Notes: generated from the sequence alone by a model not told the origin. DNA of 64,000 nucleotides from Clostridiales bacterium (GCA_031275485.1 JAISOS010000007.1:2618-66617); one strand, 5' to 3'. Numbered from the stretch's first letter, positions 21,214 through 31,699 are shown. Numbers and translations: made by a program.

Positions 21214-22695
21214 TTAAAGCAGAATACAAACCACTCCGCCCTTGCCCTCGTTGACTATACGCGTCAACGTCCTTCGCATCTTGTTTCGCGCGTCCTCCGG
21301 CATTGCGGACAGCTTATTATGCAGTCCCTCTTTGACCATCATATTCAGGGATTTTCCGAACATATTCGTTTCCCAAATACCCTGTTTATCGTTCTCGAAC
21401 TCACTCAAAAGGTATTTTATCATATCCTCGCTTTGCTGTTCGGTGCCTATAATCGGGCTGACCTCGGCCTCCACGTCCACGCGCATAATATGCAACGACG
21501 GCGCGGAAGCCTTCAGCTTGACTCCGAATCGACCGCCTTGCTTGACTATGACGGGTTCCTCAAGACTCAGTTCCTCCATAGTCGGCGCGACGACGCCGTA
21601 GCCGGAATTTTCCGCGTCGGCAACGGCGCGGCTCAGCTTCGAGTATTCCCTGTCCGAATTTTTGAGCCGCTTTATGAGCCGCATCATAACGAATTCGTCC
21701 GAAACGTCCTCGCCCGCTATCCCGCTCAAAATATTATAAAACAGTCCTTCCTTAGGCTCGGCGGTAAAAGTTATGCTGCCTCTGCCCATATCCGTTCGAG
21801 CGTCCTTCGCGCCTTCTATAAAGCGCGCTTCGGCGAAGCATTTCAGTATTCCCTCGTCGTAATCTTTCATTTTGACAATACCGTCGGCGGCGGCGGAAAG
21901 ACAGGTCAACACCTCGCGGATAATCTCGCTGTCGCGCCCCAAAGAACGCATCCATTTCGGCAGATCGACATCCAAAATTTTGACGGGAAATTCTCTTAAA
22001 ATCGAACCGAGTATATCGTTCACGTCGTTTTTATCCATTTTTTCGACGTTTTTGGCTATGACCGCCGCGCCGTACCGCCGTTCCAGCGCGGCTTTCAGAT
22101 TCTCCGTTTCGGGACTTTCCGGATTGCGCGAATTCAGTAGTACTACGAACGGTTTGCCTATCGCCTTCAACTCGTTCACTACGCGCTCTTCGGCCGCGAG
22201 GTATTTATCCCTCTCAATGTCCGTAATACTGCCGTCTGCGGTAACGACTATGCCCACCGTCGAGTGTTCGTTTATGACCTTTTTCGTACCCATTTCGGCG
22301 GCTTTCTCGAAAGGCATTTCACTGTCGCTCCACGGCGTGACGACAAAGCGTTCTCTGCCGTTTTCGGTATGTCCTATCGCGCCGTCTACGAGATACCCTA
22401 CGCAGTCTATCAGGCGCACGTTCAATTTCACGCCCTCGGTCGGCGAAATCTCCGCCGCCTCGGCGGGAACAAACTTAGGTTGCGTAGTCATTATAGTCTT
22501 GCCGTCTGCGGATTGCGGCATTTCGTCTACGGCGCGTTGCTTCTTGTGCGGGTCGGTAATATTATCGAGCACGAACGCCTCCATAAATTTCCTTATAAAA
22601 GTAGATTTTCCCGTCCTTACCGGACCTATCACGCCGATATAAATATCCCCGTTAGTCCGCAAGGCGATGTCCTTATATAAATCGAACCTGTCCAT
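21214..22695 (-). CDS. spoIVA: Stage IV sporulation protein A
   Basis: RTNGDIYIGVIGPVRTGKSTFI, MTTQPKFVP and C-terminal NEGKGGVVCILL. Confidence 0.97.
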   Translation of the reverse strand: MDRFDLYKDIALRTNGDIYIGVIGPVRTGKSTFIRKFMEAFVLDNITDPHKKQRAVDEMPQSADGKTIMTTQPKFVPAEAAEISPTEGVKLNVRLIDCVGYLVDGAIGHTENGRERFVVTPWSDSEMPFEKAAEMGTKKVINEHSTVGIVVTADGSITDIERDKYLAAEERVVNELKAIGKPFVVLLNSRNPESPETENLKAALERRYGAAVIAKNVEKMDKNDVNDILGSILREFPVKILDVDLPKWMRSLGRDSEIIREVLTCLSAAADGIVKMKDYDEGILKCFAEARFIEGAKDARTDMGRGSITFTAEPKEGLFYNILSGIAGEDVSDEFVMMRLIKRLKNSDREYSKLSRAVADAENSGYGVVAPTMEELSLEEPVIVKQGGRFGVKLKASAPSLHIMRVDVEAEVSPIIGTEQQSEDMIKYLLSEFENDKQGIWETNMFGKSLNMMVKEGLHNKLSAMPEDARNKMRRTLTRIVNEGKGGVVCILL

Positions 22696-22924
22696 ACACA
22701 CTCCTCAAAGCCGGGAACGCCCAACACGCGCCGGCGTCCTTGCCGCTCCTTAAAATTATTGTCTGAAAGAAATATATTCGGACCGTTCTCAAAATATGCC
22801 GTAATTTCTCTCCCGTATTTTTTCTTTTTTTAAAAACGGAGCGTTTGTTGCGGCGGAAGCCTCTTGCGAACAAAGCCCGCCGTCCGCGTCGCTTGTCAAA
22901 AAATTTGTCTTTTTACATAAAAAT

Positions 22925-22970
22925 TACGCGGCGGAAAATCTTTTGTCTACAAAAGATTTTCCGCCGCGCA
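22925..22970. repeat. REP-like family A copy (hairpin only)
   Basis: cgcggcggaaaatctttt gtctac aaaagattttccgccgcg. Confidence 0.85.
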
Positions 22971-22987
22971 GTCTTTAAAATAATCCA

Positions 22988-25144
22988 TTATTTGCCCTTT
23001 TCCTCATCCCGCGCGATTTTCTTATCAAAAAAACCGCCGTCGGCATGATTGAAAACAAGCGCGCTCATCGCGCTCCAGCCCTGCATGAGCGAGCCGTCCT
23101 TATGCGCGGGGCTGAAAAACTCCACCGGAGTCAAGTTGCCCTTTTCAGTATTGTAAGAAAACCAGCGCGTGAGCGGGTATTCATAATCCATGCCGTACAT
23201 AAGCTTCGCGTAAGCATACGCGGCGGAAAGATACGGCCATTCCCCGCCGTTGTGATAGTAATACGGCAACGAGCTTTTTTGAACGACCGCATCAACGTCC
23301 TTATAAAACGGAAAGACCGACAGCACGCCGAAATCGCCGAAAACCTGCCGCTTGTTATTTTTACTCTCAAGAACCGCTTCCATATTTTCAAGCATCCGCC
23401 GTATGCGCTCCTCCGACGCGAGGCGGAAAAGCGCGACGGTCACGGTATCCGCCGAGAGATTATCCTCCGTAAACCCGCCGTTTTTATAGTTGACGAACCG
23501 CCCCCTTTCCTCGTCCCAAAGAATATCGTTTATTGATTTGACGACCTTTTCGTAGATCCGTCTGTAAAAATCCGCCTTCTCCCGAAACGTCAACGCCGAC
23601 CGCTTTTCCGATATGCCGCAGGCTATTCCGCCCCGAGGATTTGCCAAAATTCCGCCTTCGTTTTGCGCGTTTTCAGAAAGACCGACGCCGCCGATCCGCC
23701 GGTCCGCAAAAGCCGAAAAAATTTCGGAAAGACAATACAAAGCGCGGGCGTAAAGCGCCTCGTCGTACGTCACGTATCCCTCTCGGAAAACGTTGTCGCA
23801 CCAGTCGCGGCGGTTGAACCGTCCCTTTTTGACAATAAGACCCGTTTCGTCGCTCTCCCCGCGCAGGCGTTCGACGGCGGCCTCCGCGATAACGGGCAGA
23901 GTCCTTCCGCGTATTTTTTCGCGTAAAATTGAAAAGTCGCCCGTATGAGCTATGTAGTCGCGTATAAGCATAACGAAAAACGAGGGCGAATCGCAGTGAT
24001 TTCCCCAATAATTCTTAAAACTCGATTTGACTGCGGACGGACATTCGCCTTTTTTGCCTATGCCGCGAGCGAGCGTCAATATTTGACCGCGCACTATGCC
24101 CGGCCTTACGGCGATCAGCGGCAGCGAAGTCCAATAGCCGTCGCGGAAATAAGTCCGCGCCGGAAATTGATAGACTACGCCGGCGAGCAGCGCCTTAAAA
24201 TCTCCTTTTTCCTTGTAATTGGAGACCGCGCAATTCACGCAGGATACGTATAGAGCCCTTTTCAATTCGCCGTTTTCATCGTCCGCGCAGTTTGTTGTAT
24301 TCCGCGTTTTATCCGTTGCGCCCGTTATATCCGACGCATCTTCTATCGTTATTTTCTCATTGTCACCCCGCATTTTTTCAACGTTTTTGTCGTAAAAACC
24401 GTTCAGCTCCTCCGTATACGCGTCGGCATTCCTCTCCTTTTCGGCTATAACCTTAAGTAATTCCTCCGCAGACGCATCCGAAAAATCCTTGCGCGTCCCC
24501 GCCGAAACGACCAAATTTACGACGCGTCGTTCGTTTTCGCGCATTTTTACTTCCGTTTTAAACTGATTTACGAAAAAAAAGTTCCGCTCCAAAGCAGTCA
24601 GCTTATTATCCGAAGCAAAATCTATATAAAAATCACTCAAAATGTCGTTTTTAATACAAAAATCCGTGCTTTTAACATGTTTTTTCAGCGCGCCGAGAGC
24701 GATTTTCGGCAACGACGAAAGCTTGAAGCGACTCAAAAAAAGCTCGGTTAAATAAGAATTATAATTGACGCCGAAATTGATTACCGCCTTGAAATCCAAA
24801 TCCTTACGCGCGAAAACCTCTATTCGGTAAAAAACCGCGTTATCCTTGTCGGAAAGAAATTGCCGCGTCTCGATTTCCGCGCCTTCCGCATAAATTTTCG
24901 CGGTAAGCTTGCGCCCGGCCGCCGTAACGCTTTTTCGCTCCGAACCGTCAAGCGCGCGCCCGTCTAACGAAAATAAAAGATGTAAAAAACCGAACGCTTC
25001 AAATTTGTTTATAACGGCGTAGCGGCTTATGCCGCCCCTGCCGTCGAACTGCGAGTTCAAAAGAGTATTGCCGACGTCGTAAGGAGTCCCGTCGAGAGCA
25101 AGCCCTTCGACCGCCAGCGCGCCGCGCCGGTATGAAACGTTCAT
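22988..25144 (-). CDS. Six-hairpin (alpha/alpha)6 glycoside hydrolase-like protein (GDE/MGH1-like)
   Basis: RTYFRDGYW, DWCD, YHNGGEWPY and QGWS motifs typical of six-hairpin glycosidases; GH family not assignable by eye. Confidence 0.7.
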   Translation of the reverse strand: MNVSYRRGALAVEGLALDGTPYDVGNTLLNSQFDGRGGISRYAVINKFEAFGFLHLLFSLDGRALDGSERKSVTAAGRKLTAKIYAEGAEIETRQFLSDKDNAVFYRIEVFARKDLDFKAVINFGVNYNSYLTELFLSRFKLSSLPKIALGALKKHVKSTDFCIKNDILSDFYIDFASDNKLTALERNFFFVNQFKTEVKMRENERRVVNLVVSAGTRKDFSDASAEELLKVIAEKERNADAYTEELNGFYDKNVEKMRGDNEKITIEDASDITGATDKTRNTTNCADDENGELKRALYVSCVNCAVSNYKEKGDFKALLAGVVYQFPARTYFRDGYWTSLPLIAVRPGIVRGQILTLARGIGKKGECPSAVKSSFKNYWGNHCDSPSFFVMLIRDYIAHTGDFSILREKIRGRTLPVIAEAAVERLRGESDETGLIVKKGRFNRRDWCDNVFREGYVTYDEALYARALYCLSEIFSAFADRRIGGVGLSENAQNEGGILANPRGGIACGISEKRSALTFREKADFYRRIYEKVVKSINDILWDEERGRFVNYKNGGFTEDNLSADTVTVALFRLASEERIRRMLENMEAVLESKNNKRQVFGDFGVLSVFPFYKDVDAVVQKSSLPYYYHNGGEWPYLSAAYAYAKLMYGMDYEYPLTRWFSYNTEKGNLTPVEFFSPAHKDGSLMQGWSAMSALVFNHADGGFFDKKIARDEEKGK

Positions 25145-25174
25145 AAATTCACCCTCTTTTTTGTTTTTTAAATA

Positions 25175-25237
25175 TGCGGGGGAGAAACCTTTTAATACAA
25201 AAGGTTCCCCCTACGCTCCTTTCCGAAAAACTTTAAT
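25175..25237 (-). repeat. REP-like family A copy
   Basis: Hairpin plus cctttccgaaaaacttta tail. Confidence 0.8.
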
Positions 25238-25274
25238 GTTATATCACCGTATATTTACGCAAAATATTTTATAG

Positions 25275-25402
25275 CCGTTATGAATCGGAATCGCGTTAAA
25301 AATATATCGATTTTTTTGCTCCAAGCGGCTAAAAGATTCTTTTCCGTATTCGCGTAATACGGAAAACCGCTTCTTTTGCCACCCGCAGCGAAAAAGGCGA
25401 CG
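25275..25402 (+). mobile_element. MITE-like family G copy (right end lost)
   Basis: Starts ccgttatgaatcggaatcgcg, the exact reverse complement of the right end at 20168-20188. Confidence 0.75.
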
Positions 25403-25426
25403 TCCAGTAAGGACGCGCGCCGCAAA

Positions 25427-26899
25427 TTAAAAACAATCCTTTTTTATTTTTCCTATTTCGACTTCATCGTTTTCCGTCATTTCGTCCGCGCCGCCTCCGC
25501 CGCGCCTTAAAATCAACGCGCGCTCAACCAATTTACTGCGTTCCGGACTGATTTTCAATTTTGTCGAAAAGATAAAAGCCGCGGAAGTCAGCAGAATAAT
25601 CGGAATCATTATAACCAGCCTGAGCCCAAGCACCGCCTCCGCAGTCTGCGCGCTGTCGGTAACGAATCCCGTAGCGGCGTCCGTCGTCGGGACGACGAAT
25701 CCGGCAAGCTCCAAAACCCACCCCGAAACGCCTATCGCGACGGCGGCGGTCGTTTTTCTTATAAAGGTCATAATGCCGCTGAACGAGCCCGAATTACGCT
25801 TGCCGAATTTCAATTCGCCCAAATCCACTACGTCCGGAAATATGTACCACGGTAGTAGCTGGCAGCCCGACATCCCGACGCCTATCGCGGCGGCGACGAG
25901 AAACAGCGGATATTGATTCCACTCCTTAGGATAAAGACAGAGGAACACGATTCCCGCGATATAAAGCGGTATGCCCGCGCGGAAAAGCAACGCTTTAGAT
26001 TTTGTCCGCATCAGCTTGTTATGAAGGGGAATCATCGCGGCATAGGACGCCATAATCGCCGCTAAGATTAAAAACGCGCCCGACCCTCCGCCGATTTTGA
26101 ATTCCACGCCGTAGTCCATAAAGTATATTATATTCGTCGTTATGAGATCCATGCAGGTGAACGCCGAAAAGTACATGACTACCAGATATACGAACGCTTT
26201 CAGTTTCAGCGGTTTGAAAAATTCCTTTATGGAAAAAACCGTCTTTTCCATAGGCATAGGCACTCTCTCTTTCGAGAACGCCGCGCACAGCACAAGCGGC
26301 ACGGCGTAAAGCAAGCCGAAACCAAAAATCATCATCAGACTGAAAGAATCGACGGACATTTCTCGGTCGCGCAGCGTTTCGACAAGAAATATAGGAACGC
26401 CCGCGGATATCGCGCTCGACAGCATGGACACGACAAGGCGGACGGTGTTCACTCTGTTGCGCTCGTTCGGGTCGGTGGAAATTTCGCTCAAAAGCGCGGA
26501 GTACGGCACGCTTATAACCGTGGACACCGTTGAAAAAACAAGGTACGCGAATAGGTAAAAGACATAGACGAACGCTCCGTTTTTCACCTCGTACAAAGGC
26601 ATAAAAAGCAATGCGAAAGAAAGCATTACGAGCAATCCGCCCGCGAAAATATACGGGCGGCGGCGACCGTATTTGGAGCGCGTGTTATCGCTTATAACGC
26701 CCATCATCGGATCGGTTACGGCGTCCCAGATTTTCGCGATCATCACGATGGACGCCGCGCCGCCGGGGCCAAGACCGTTCATCGCCAAATAGACGACGTA
26801 AATCGTTGTGATCATACTGCCCGCGCCGCCGCCGAAAAAATCGCCTATCGCCGCAAAAAATCTTTCCTTTCCGCCTACGGCTCCGTCGTTTCTCAACAT
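25427..26899 (-). CDS. MFS glycoside-pentoside-hexuronide (GPH) symporter
   Basis: KIWDAVTDPMMGVISDNTRSKYGRRRPY, VPYSAL, about 12 hydrophobic segments. Confidence 0.9.
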   Translation of the reverse strand: MLRNDGAVGGKERFFAAIGDFFGGGAGSMITTIYVVYLAMNGLGPGGAASIVMIAKIWDAVTDPMMGVISDNTRSKYGRRRPYIFAGGLLVMLSFALLFMPLYEVKNGAFVYVFYLFAYLVFSTVSTVISVPYSALLSEISTDPNERNRVNTVRLVVSMLSSAISAGVPIFLVETLRDREMSVDSFSLMMIFGFGLLYAVPLVLCAAFSKERVPMPMEKTVFSIKEFFKPLKLKAFVYLVVMYFSAFTCMDLITTNIIYFMDYGVEFKIGGGSGAFLILAAIMASYAAMIPLHNKLMRTKSKALLFRAGIPLYIAGIVFLCLYPKEWNQYPLFLVAAAIGVGMSGCQLLPWYIFPDVVDLGELKFGKRNSGSFSGIMTFIRKTTAAVAIGVSGWVLELAGFVVPTTDAATGFVTDSAQTAEAVLGLRLVIMIPIILLTSAAFIFSTKLKISPERSKLVERALILRRGGGGADEMTENDEVEIGKIKKDCF

Positions 26900-27139
26900 A
26901 ATTTTTTCTCCTTCTCCATCGCTTTTTTAATCGCTTATTTGCTACTTTCTATCTCCTGTCCGCATCGTTTTTTATGTCTTTTTTACGGTTTTGCGCGGCG
27001 TTTTTCGTTCTTTTTCAACGCGAAATTCCGCCGTTTTTACATATCTTTTTTCGCGTTTTTTAATCGTAATTTTACCGATTCCGTATATCGGGCGTTCAAT
27101 AGTCCGCGTATTAAAACCCGCGTATATCTACTATTATTT

Positions 27140-28309
27140 TTATTGCGCCGCCGAAATTTTGCCGTTTTTTTCGCTCTCGATCCGCTTGTTCAATTCGGAC
27201 AAAAATTCGTCCTCGTCTATCGGCAGGCTTATCTCCCTGCCCGTCCAGCCCGAAAGGTACGCCGCGTTGGACAGCGTCAAACCGTTTATACCCTCCGCGC
27301 CGGGCGCGATAAGCTTTTCGCCGAAAAGAACGGCGCGACTGAAATTTCTGAAAATGTTTATATGTTGCCCGACAAGCCCGAGCCGCACGGCGTTTTGGAG
27401 CATTGTCGCGCGCTTCACCGTTCTTTCCGACGGTATGCGCGGCATAAACGCCTTGTTGGCCGCGCTGAATTCTTTCTCTCCGACTTTCAGTCTGTCGAAC
27501 ACCAGTCTTTCCGAAAGCAGATTTTGCTCGATCACCAATTTCCCGCCGTCGCCGTCGATTTCCAGACGGTTGGTTCCCGGGAAATCGTGCGTGGACGTAA
27601 CGAATATTCCGCTCGCGCCGTTCTTGTACCGCGTATAAAAGGTAACGTCGTTTTCGACGTTTATGCGTCGGTTGACGCCGACTTTAAGATAGCATTTGAG
27701 TTTTTCGGGCATACCGCCGAGCCATTGAAAAAGATCCAATTGATGGGGACATTGATTGATCAGCACGCCGCCGCCCTCGCCCTCCCACGTTCCGCGCCAG
27801 CCGCCCTGATCGTAGTAGGCCTGCGGGCGGTACCAATTGGTTATAATCCAATTGATACGTTTCAACTCGCCGAGTCCGCCGCCGTCGATTATCTCCTTCG
27901 CCTTTTTGTACAGCGGATTCGTCCGCTGATTATACATAATCCCGAACACCTGACCGCTCTTTTTTTCGGCGAGCGCGTTCAATTCGCGGACGGCTTTCGT
28001 GTACACGCCCGCAGGCTTTTCGGAGAGGGCGTGCTTGCCCGCGTTAAGCGCGTCCATAACTATTCCAGGATGCGCGTAATGCGGCGTGGCGACGACCGCC
28101 GCGTCCACCTCCGGGCAATCGAGCAAATCCTTGTAATCGGAAAAAATTTTTACGTCTTTCAGTTTTTCCTTCGCCCAATTACGCCGCTCCTCGGAAATGT
28201 CGCAGACGGCGGTCAGAACCGCGTTTCTGTCGAGACCCGCTTTGAGTCTTAAAGCGTGATTGTGCCCCATTTTGCCTATGCCGATAATGCCGTAACGAAC
28301 CTTGTTCAT
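27140..28309 (-). CDS. Gfo/Idh/MocA family oxidoreductase
   Basis: GIIGIGKMG, ATPHYAH, EKP and WEGEGGGVLINQCPHQLD motifs; start at MNKVRYG. Confidence 0.92.
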   Translation of the reverse strand: MNKVRYGIIGIGKMGHNHALRLKAGLDRNAVLTAVCDISEERRNWAKEKLKDVKIFSDYKDLLDCPEVDAAVVATPHYAHPGIVMDALNAGKHALSEKPAGVYTKAVRELNALAEKKSGQVFGIMYNQRTNPLYKKAKEIIDGGGLGELKRINWIITNWYRPQAYYDQGGWRGTWEGEGGGVLINQCPHQLDLFQWLGGMPEKLKCYLKVGVNRRINVENDVTFYTRYKNGASGIFVTSTHDFPGTNRLEIDGDGGKLVIEQNLLSERLVFDRLKVGEKEFSAANKAFMPRIPSERTVKRATMLQNAVRLGLVGQHINIFRNFSRAVLFGEKLIAPGAEGINGLTLSNAAYLSGWTGREISLPIDEDEFLSELNKRIESEKNGKISAAQ

Positions 28310-28347
28310 ATGAATACCCTCTCTTTTTTTTATTCTTCGGGAGAACT

Positions 28348-28754
28348 TACGCGGGTAAAAACCTTTTTGCGAATAGGGCTCTCCCCGTACCCCTTTCCAA
28401 AAAACTTTACTGCGCGTTTTAATAATTTTACGCGAACGGAGCGCCGTACCGCCGTCTTTCTTCAAAAGACGGCGGATCGTTATTCGCTATCCGCAAAGCG
28501 CCTAACAAAAAACGCGGACCCGGCGCCGTCTAATGCGCTTATACATAGCGCAAACGGAGCATTTTGGCGTTGTTTTTCCCCGTGCGGCTCCGCCGCGTAC
28601 CGTTAAACGCTTCGAAAAGCGCGGCGACCGCCTAAAATCTTCCCGTTTTCGTTTACGTAAACACGCCCTAATTCATATGATAAAATTTACCGGAGTTTTT
28701 GGGAAAGAGGCGCGGAGAAAAACCTTTCGTTCACAAAAGGTTTACTCCGCGTAA
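28348..28754. repeat. REPIN-like composite: inverted family A pair (28348-28409, 28692-28754) enclosing a family C element (~28530-28671)
   Basis: Outer ends TACGCGG...CCGCGTA with tails pointing inward. Confidence 0.8.
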
Positions 28755-28774
28755 TTTCTATAAAAACAAAAATT

Positions 28775-29692
28775 TCACTCGTATTTCCCGCCGACATTTT
28801 TTATGATTTTAACGAGGTTTTCGTATTGCCAAACGAATACGTCCTCGCGACTCACTGTTTCGAGAGGCTTAATTCCCGCCGCCTTGTCGATCATGCCGAA
28901 TACGCGTCCGTATCTTGTCGCGCGCAGGAAAGGAAGAATATAGAACGCCTTTTTGAGCAATGCGTATTTCGCCGTGTGCGGTTCCAGCGTCAAAAAGCCG
29001 TCGTAGCCCCGCTCGTTCAAATCCTTTATAATATCGGCTATGCGCCCGCGCCCCATACCCAGAGGCGTTTCCACGCCGTCTATGCAGTCCTTCATATGAT
29101 AATAGACCGTATATTCGCGCGTAGCCTCGTATGCCGCCCACGGATCCGCGCCGCATTGTATATAATTCGACGCGTCGTAGCAGAGTTTAAACTGCGGGTG
29201 CGACAGCTTGACATACAGCCAAAGCGCGCGCTCGGGAATGTCGCCGAAAATCTTTTTTTCGTTCTCGTGCAGGAGCGTAACGCCGCTCCCCTCCGCAAGC
29301 TCCAAAAATCCTCTCCATTTGTCGAGAACTTTGTTCCGAACGCCGTCCGTGTCCGCGCCGCCCGTGAAAAACGAAAAACAGCGGATATACTTGCAGTCCG
29401 CAAGCCCGGCTATTTTTATCAATTCGGCAAGCTTTTTTTTCTGCGCCGCGTAAGCGTCCGCGTCGTCTATATTTATCTTGCCCGCGGGCGACCCCAGCGA
29501 GGACAATCTAATCCCCGCGTCCGACAAAACGGGCAGAATATCCCGCTCGAATTCGTCGGCCGAAAAATCCGCGATATTTTTACCGTTCAAAAGACGCGGA
29601 CAAAGATATTTCCCGCCGAGTTTTTTTATCAGCGCGATTTGCTTGCCTAAATCCGCCGCCGCCTCGTCGTAAAACCCAGAAATGCGAAACAT
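28775..29692 (-). CDS. Sugar-phosphate isomerase/epimerase (AP_endonuc_2 TIM barrel)
   Basis: ISGFYDE, LLHENEK, YHMKD and LTLEPH motifs. Confidence 0.88.
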   Translation of the reverse strand: MFRISGFYDEAAADLGKQIALIKKLGGKYLCPRLLNGKNIADFSADEFERDILPVLSDAGIRLSSLGSPAGKINIDDADAYAAQKKKLAELIKIAGLADCKYIRCFSFFTGGADTDGVRNKVLDKWRGFLELAEGSGVTLLHENEKKIFGDIPERALWLYVKLSHPQFKLCYDASNYIQCGADPWAAYEATREYTVYYHMKDCIDGVETPLGMGRGRIADIIKDLNERGYDGFLTLEPHTAKYALLKKAFYILPFLRATRYGRVFGMIDKAAGIKPLETVSREDVFVWQYENLVKIIKNVGGKYE

Positions 29693-29944
29693 ATTTTACA
29701 CCTCCGAAAGCTAAATTTATGCCGTATTCCGTTGCGTTTCGTCTATATTTAAGTTCATTATAAGCGGTATAAAAGGTATGCGATATGCGGCGCGCTACCG
29801 CGATAATTCAATCGGCGATACGGCGTTTTACGCGATATGCGCGAATACGGCGCAATAATGCGATGGTGTGGCGGCGCGACAAGGCAATAAATTCAATAAC
29901 TTCGGTTATAAGCGATAACGCGGCAACGCAGTCCGCGCCGGTCC

Positions 29945-31300
29945 TTATAAAACCTTTTTTTCATTACCGGCCTTTTCGTTCAGCATCCTTTCATACCGCA
30001 AAGCGTCTATCGGAAAAGCGACCTCGCGCCCCTCCCACGCCGAAAGATATATACCGTTAATTAGGCTCAAAGCGCGTATTCCCTCTTTCGCGGGCGCAAT
30101 CAGATCCGTTCCGTTCAGGATATGCGCGGCAAAATTCGCGACGACCCGCCTCTGTTGCCCCAAAATTAAATCGGGAACGACGCGCGGTCCGTAAAAATAC
30201 CGGCGAACCCTCTTCGGCGCGCCGCCGTAACCCTTGACCGTCCGCGTATTTACCTCCGGCTCGGACGGCTCCCACGAGATATATTTCATCGAATACTTGC
30301 CCATGACAAGCCGCCCCCTGTCTCCCGCAATTTCTATGCGGTTCGCGCCGTTCAGCTCGCGCCCCGACGCCCTCAAAACGCAAACGGCGTCGTTCTTGTA
30401 GCGTAAAAGCGCCGCGACCTCGTTTTCGGCGGTAATATCGCGTCCTTTAGTGAACATTTTCGCATAAACGCTCTCGGGCAAACCTATCAGCCACTGCAAA
30501 ATATCCAGCTGATGGACGCATTGATTGATAAGTATGCCGCCGCCCTCGCCGCTCCACGAGGCTCGCCACGAATTATTTTTGTAATACGCGTCCGAGCGGT
30601 ACCAATCCGTGACGATAAAATCGGCGCGCCTGATTTCACCCAATGCCCCCGCGTCGATCAAAGCCTTCGCTTTTTTGTATACGGGGTTGGTTCGCTGATT
30701 ATACATAACCGCCGCCGCCCCGCCGCGCGCCGCCGAAAAAGCGTTGAAACGAGCGGTTCCGCGCCCGGTTTCCTCGGCGGTTTTTTCAATAGGCGACTTG
30801 CCGCGTTCGCCAAAATCGGTCGCGGTTTCGGCAATAGATTTTTCAACGGGCGGTTCGCCGCGCGCGTCCAAAAACGCGTCGAAATCCGCCGCGCCGCGCT
30901 CCGTTAAGACGACGGTTTTTTCAATATCCAATTTGCTTGGCTCATCCAAAAACGCGTTGAAATCCGCCGCCGCGCGCTCCGTTACGGCGACAGGCTTTTC
31001 GATAAGCGTGTGCTTGCCGCGTCCGATGAAAAATTTCGCGATTTCCACATGGGAATAATGCGGCACGGCGACTATTACCGCGTCGAACTTCGCGCCGTTC
31101 GCCATTTCCTTATAATCGGAAAAGACGGGTATTTTTTTTGCTCTTTTTCCGCCGCGCTTCAAAAAACGCGCCCGCGCATCCTCCGAAACGTCGCAAACGG
31201 CGGCAAGCGCGGCGTTTTTCACCAGTCCGAACAGCAAAAGCAACGCGTGCGCGCCGCCCATGCGCCCTATTCCCACTACCGCAAATTTTACTTTATTCAT
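29945..31300 (-). CDS. Gfo/Idh/MocA family oxidoreductase with internal tandem duplication
   Basis: GIGRMG, VPHYSH, EKP and WSGEGGGILINQCVHQLD motifs; start at MNKVKF. Confidence 0.9.
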   Translation of the reverse strand: MNKVKFAVVGIGRMGGAHALLLLFGLVKNAALAAVCDVSEDARARFLKRGGKRAKKIPVFSDYKEMANGAKFDAVIVAVPHYSHVEIAKFFIGRGKHTLIEKPVAVTERAAADFNAFLDEPSKLDIEKTVVLTERGAADFDAFLDARGEPPVEKSIAETATDFGERGKSPIEKTAEETGRGTARFNAFSAARGGAAAVMYNQRTNPVYKKAKALIDAGALGEIRRADFIVTDWYRSDAYYKNNSWRASWSGEGGGILINQCVHQLDILQWLIGLPESVYAKMFTKGRDITAENEVAALLRYKNDAVCVLRASGRELNGANRIEIAGDRGRLVMGKYSMKYISWEPSEPEVNTRTVKGYGGAPKRVRRYFYGPRVVPDLILGQQRRVVANFAAHILNGTDLIAPAKEGIRALSLINGIYLSAWEGREVAFPIDALRYERMLNEKAGNEKKVL

Positions 31301-31699
31301 GCCTTTTTTCTCTCTTCCGTCCGCGCGGCAACGCCGCCGGCAACACGGCGCTCCAATACTGCGGCAGCGCGCGATAACGCTTAAATTATTCCCGTAAATT
31401 ATAGTATTACCGCAGTTTTCGCGTTGCCGTACCGCGCTAATAACGCGTATAAATTGTTCTTGTAAATCTATACGTATTTCCGCCCGAGTCTTTATCGATC
31501 CGCGTAACAATGCGCAATACAGTAATTTTTAACGTATACTATCGCGGCTCTCGCATTTCTCTGCCGCGTAATAATGCGTAAATTATACGCGCAAATCTAT
31601 AAACGCGCACCGCGCATATTTGAGCCGTATCGCACCGCGCGGTAACCTTTTTACCGTTTGATTTGATTTATAGAGGCGCGTTTTTATGTTTTACGCTTA

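Noticed and set aside
26939-28252. Long plus-strand ORFs (also 9085-9975, 17315-18424, 28826-29650, 33619-34431, 47811-48578)
   Set aside because: They are antisense shadows of well-supported minus-strand genes in GC-rich coding DNA and have no recognisable motifs.
28310-28465. N-terminal extensions in the ORF track (Gfo1, Gfo2, murA, pyrH, tsf)
   Set aside because: They are upstream read-through into intergenic repeats; downstream starts have an RBS and match family N-termini.
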